DNA from: Takakia lepidozioides
Taxonomy: Eukaryota; Plantae; Bryophyta
Assembly: GCA_030704615.1 (NCBI GenBank)
Contig: JAKLZA010000010.1
Coordinates: 1 to 64,000 of the forward strand
Direction of reading: 5' to 3'
DNA length: 64,000 nucleotides
Below are positions 63,533 to 64,000 of this stretch, in pieces; position 1 is the stretch's first letter; every line of letters starts with the position of its first letter. A program made the translations under genes and the position numbers. The notes beneath the pieces were generated by a model. That model had not been told where the DNA came from. It did no database searches and saw only the letters and a list, made by a program, of their open reading frames with translations.

Positions 63533-64000
63533 AAAGGACACGTGGAAGTCAGGGCGCAACACACAGCTGAGAAGGAAGTGCAAGAACAGATGTCATCAAG
63601 AAAGAGGACAAGAATGGCCGTCAAAATACCTAATCAGCGCGTCAAATTGGATGAATGGCGGGCCCATTAATGAATACAGAAAAGGGGCAACAGAACAAAC
63701 GGCAAGTACAGAAAAGCAAATTCTTGTCACATGTGTTATCCTAGTGGACAGTCCAGCAGGGAAAGTCCACTAAAGAAAATTCTAAAATCCAGTCACAGCG
63801 GTTACAGCCAATCGAAAGCCAGAGAAGGGATCAAGAAATTGGAGGGAAATTAAGCGCAAGAGTCGGCGTCGTTCTAAACGGGCGTCTCGACGGGACAAAC
63901 CATCAATGCTATAGCTTTGAAGCTATGGAGGAACTAACAGACTATACGCTCGCAATATTACTTACGCAGTGGCATAGGGACGAAAGAACAGAGCGGATCT

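Larger units (their letters stand above)
55577..64000 (+). mobile_element. Family B copy B2, runs off the right edge
   Basis: LTR-PBS-accessory ORF-gag-pol-repeats. Confidence 0.93.

Overview
This is eukaryotic, plant-like DNA (probably a non-seed plant or streptophyte alga; inference only) made almost entirely of nested transposable elements. I found no recognisable host gene. (1) Family A is a Ty3/Gypsy LTR retrotransposon whose polyprotein reads Gag-zinc knuckles-protease-C5 DNA METHYLTRANSFERASE (DNMT3-like)-[TAG CAA CCA]-RT-RNaseH-integrase-PHD finger. It is present as a gag/leader piece (1-4645, -), a near-complete body (5143-11685, +) and a second diverged copy (36444-42000, -). The in-frame stop between the methyltransferase and RT is shared by both copies and sits in the TMV-type read-through context UAG-CAR-YYA. 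(2) Families B (12356-30033 -, 54392->64000 +) and C (30034-34721 +, ~48710-51653 -) are non-chromovirus-like Ty3 elements with an Arg-type PBS. They carry a conserved ORF upstream of gag with an F-box-like motif and a 3' accessory ORF. (3) Two Mutator-like DNA transposons (15549-23510 with TIRs and TSD; 36206-~48620) encode GCM-like/DDE/SWIM transposases and carry long arrays of CpG-rich palindromes. (4) Smaller pieces are an LTR with Met-PBS, a CACTA end, a hairpin array and a 500-N assembly gap. Every gag-pol and transposase copy carries inactivating lesions. All calls come from reading motifs by eye; no database searches were run.
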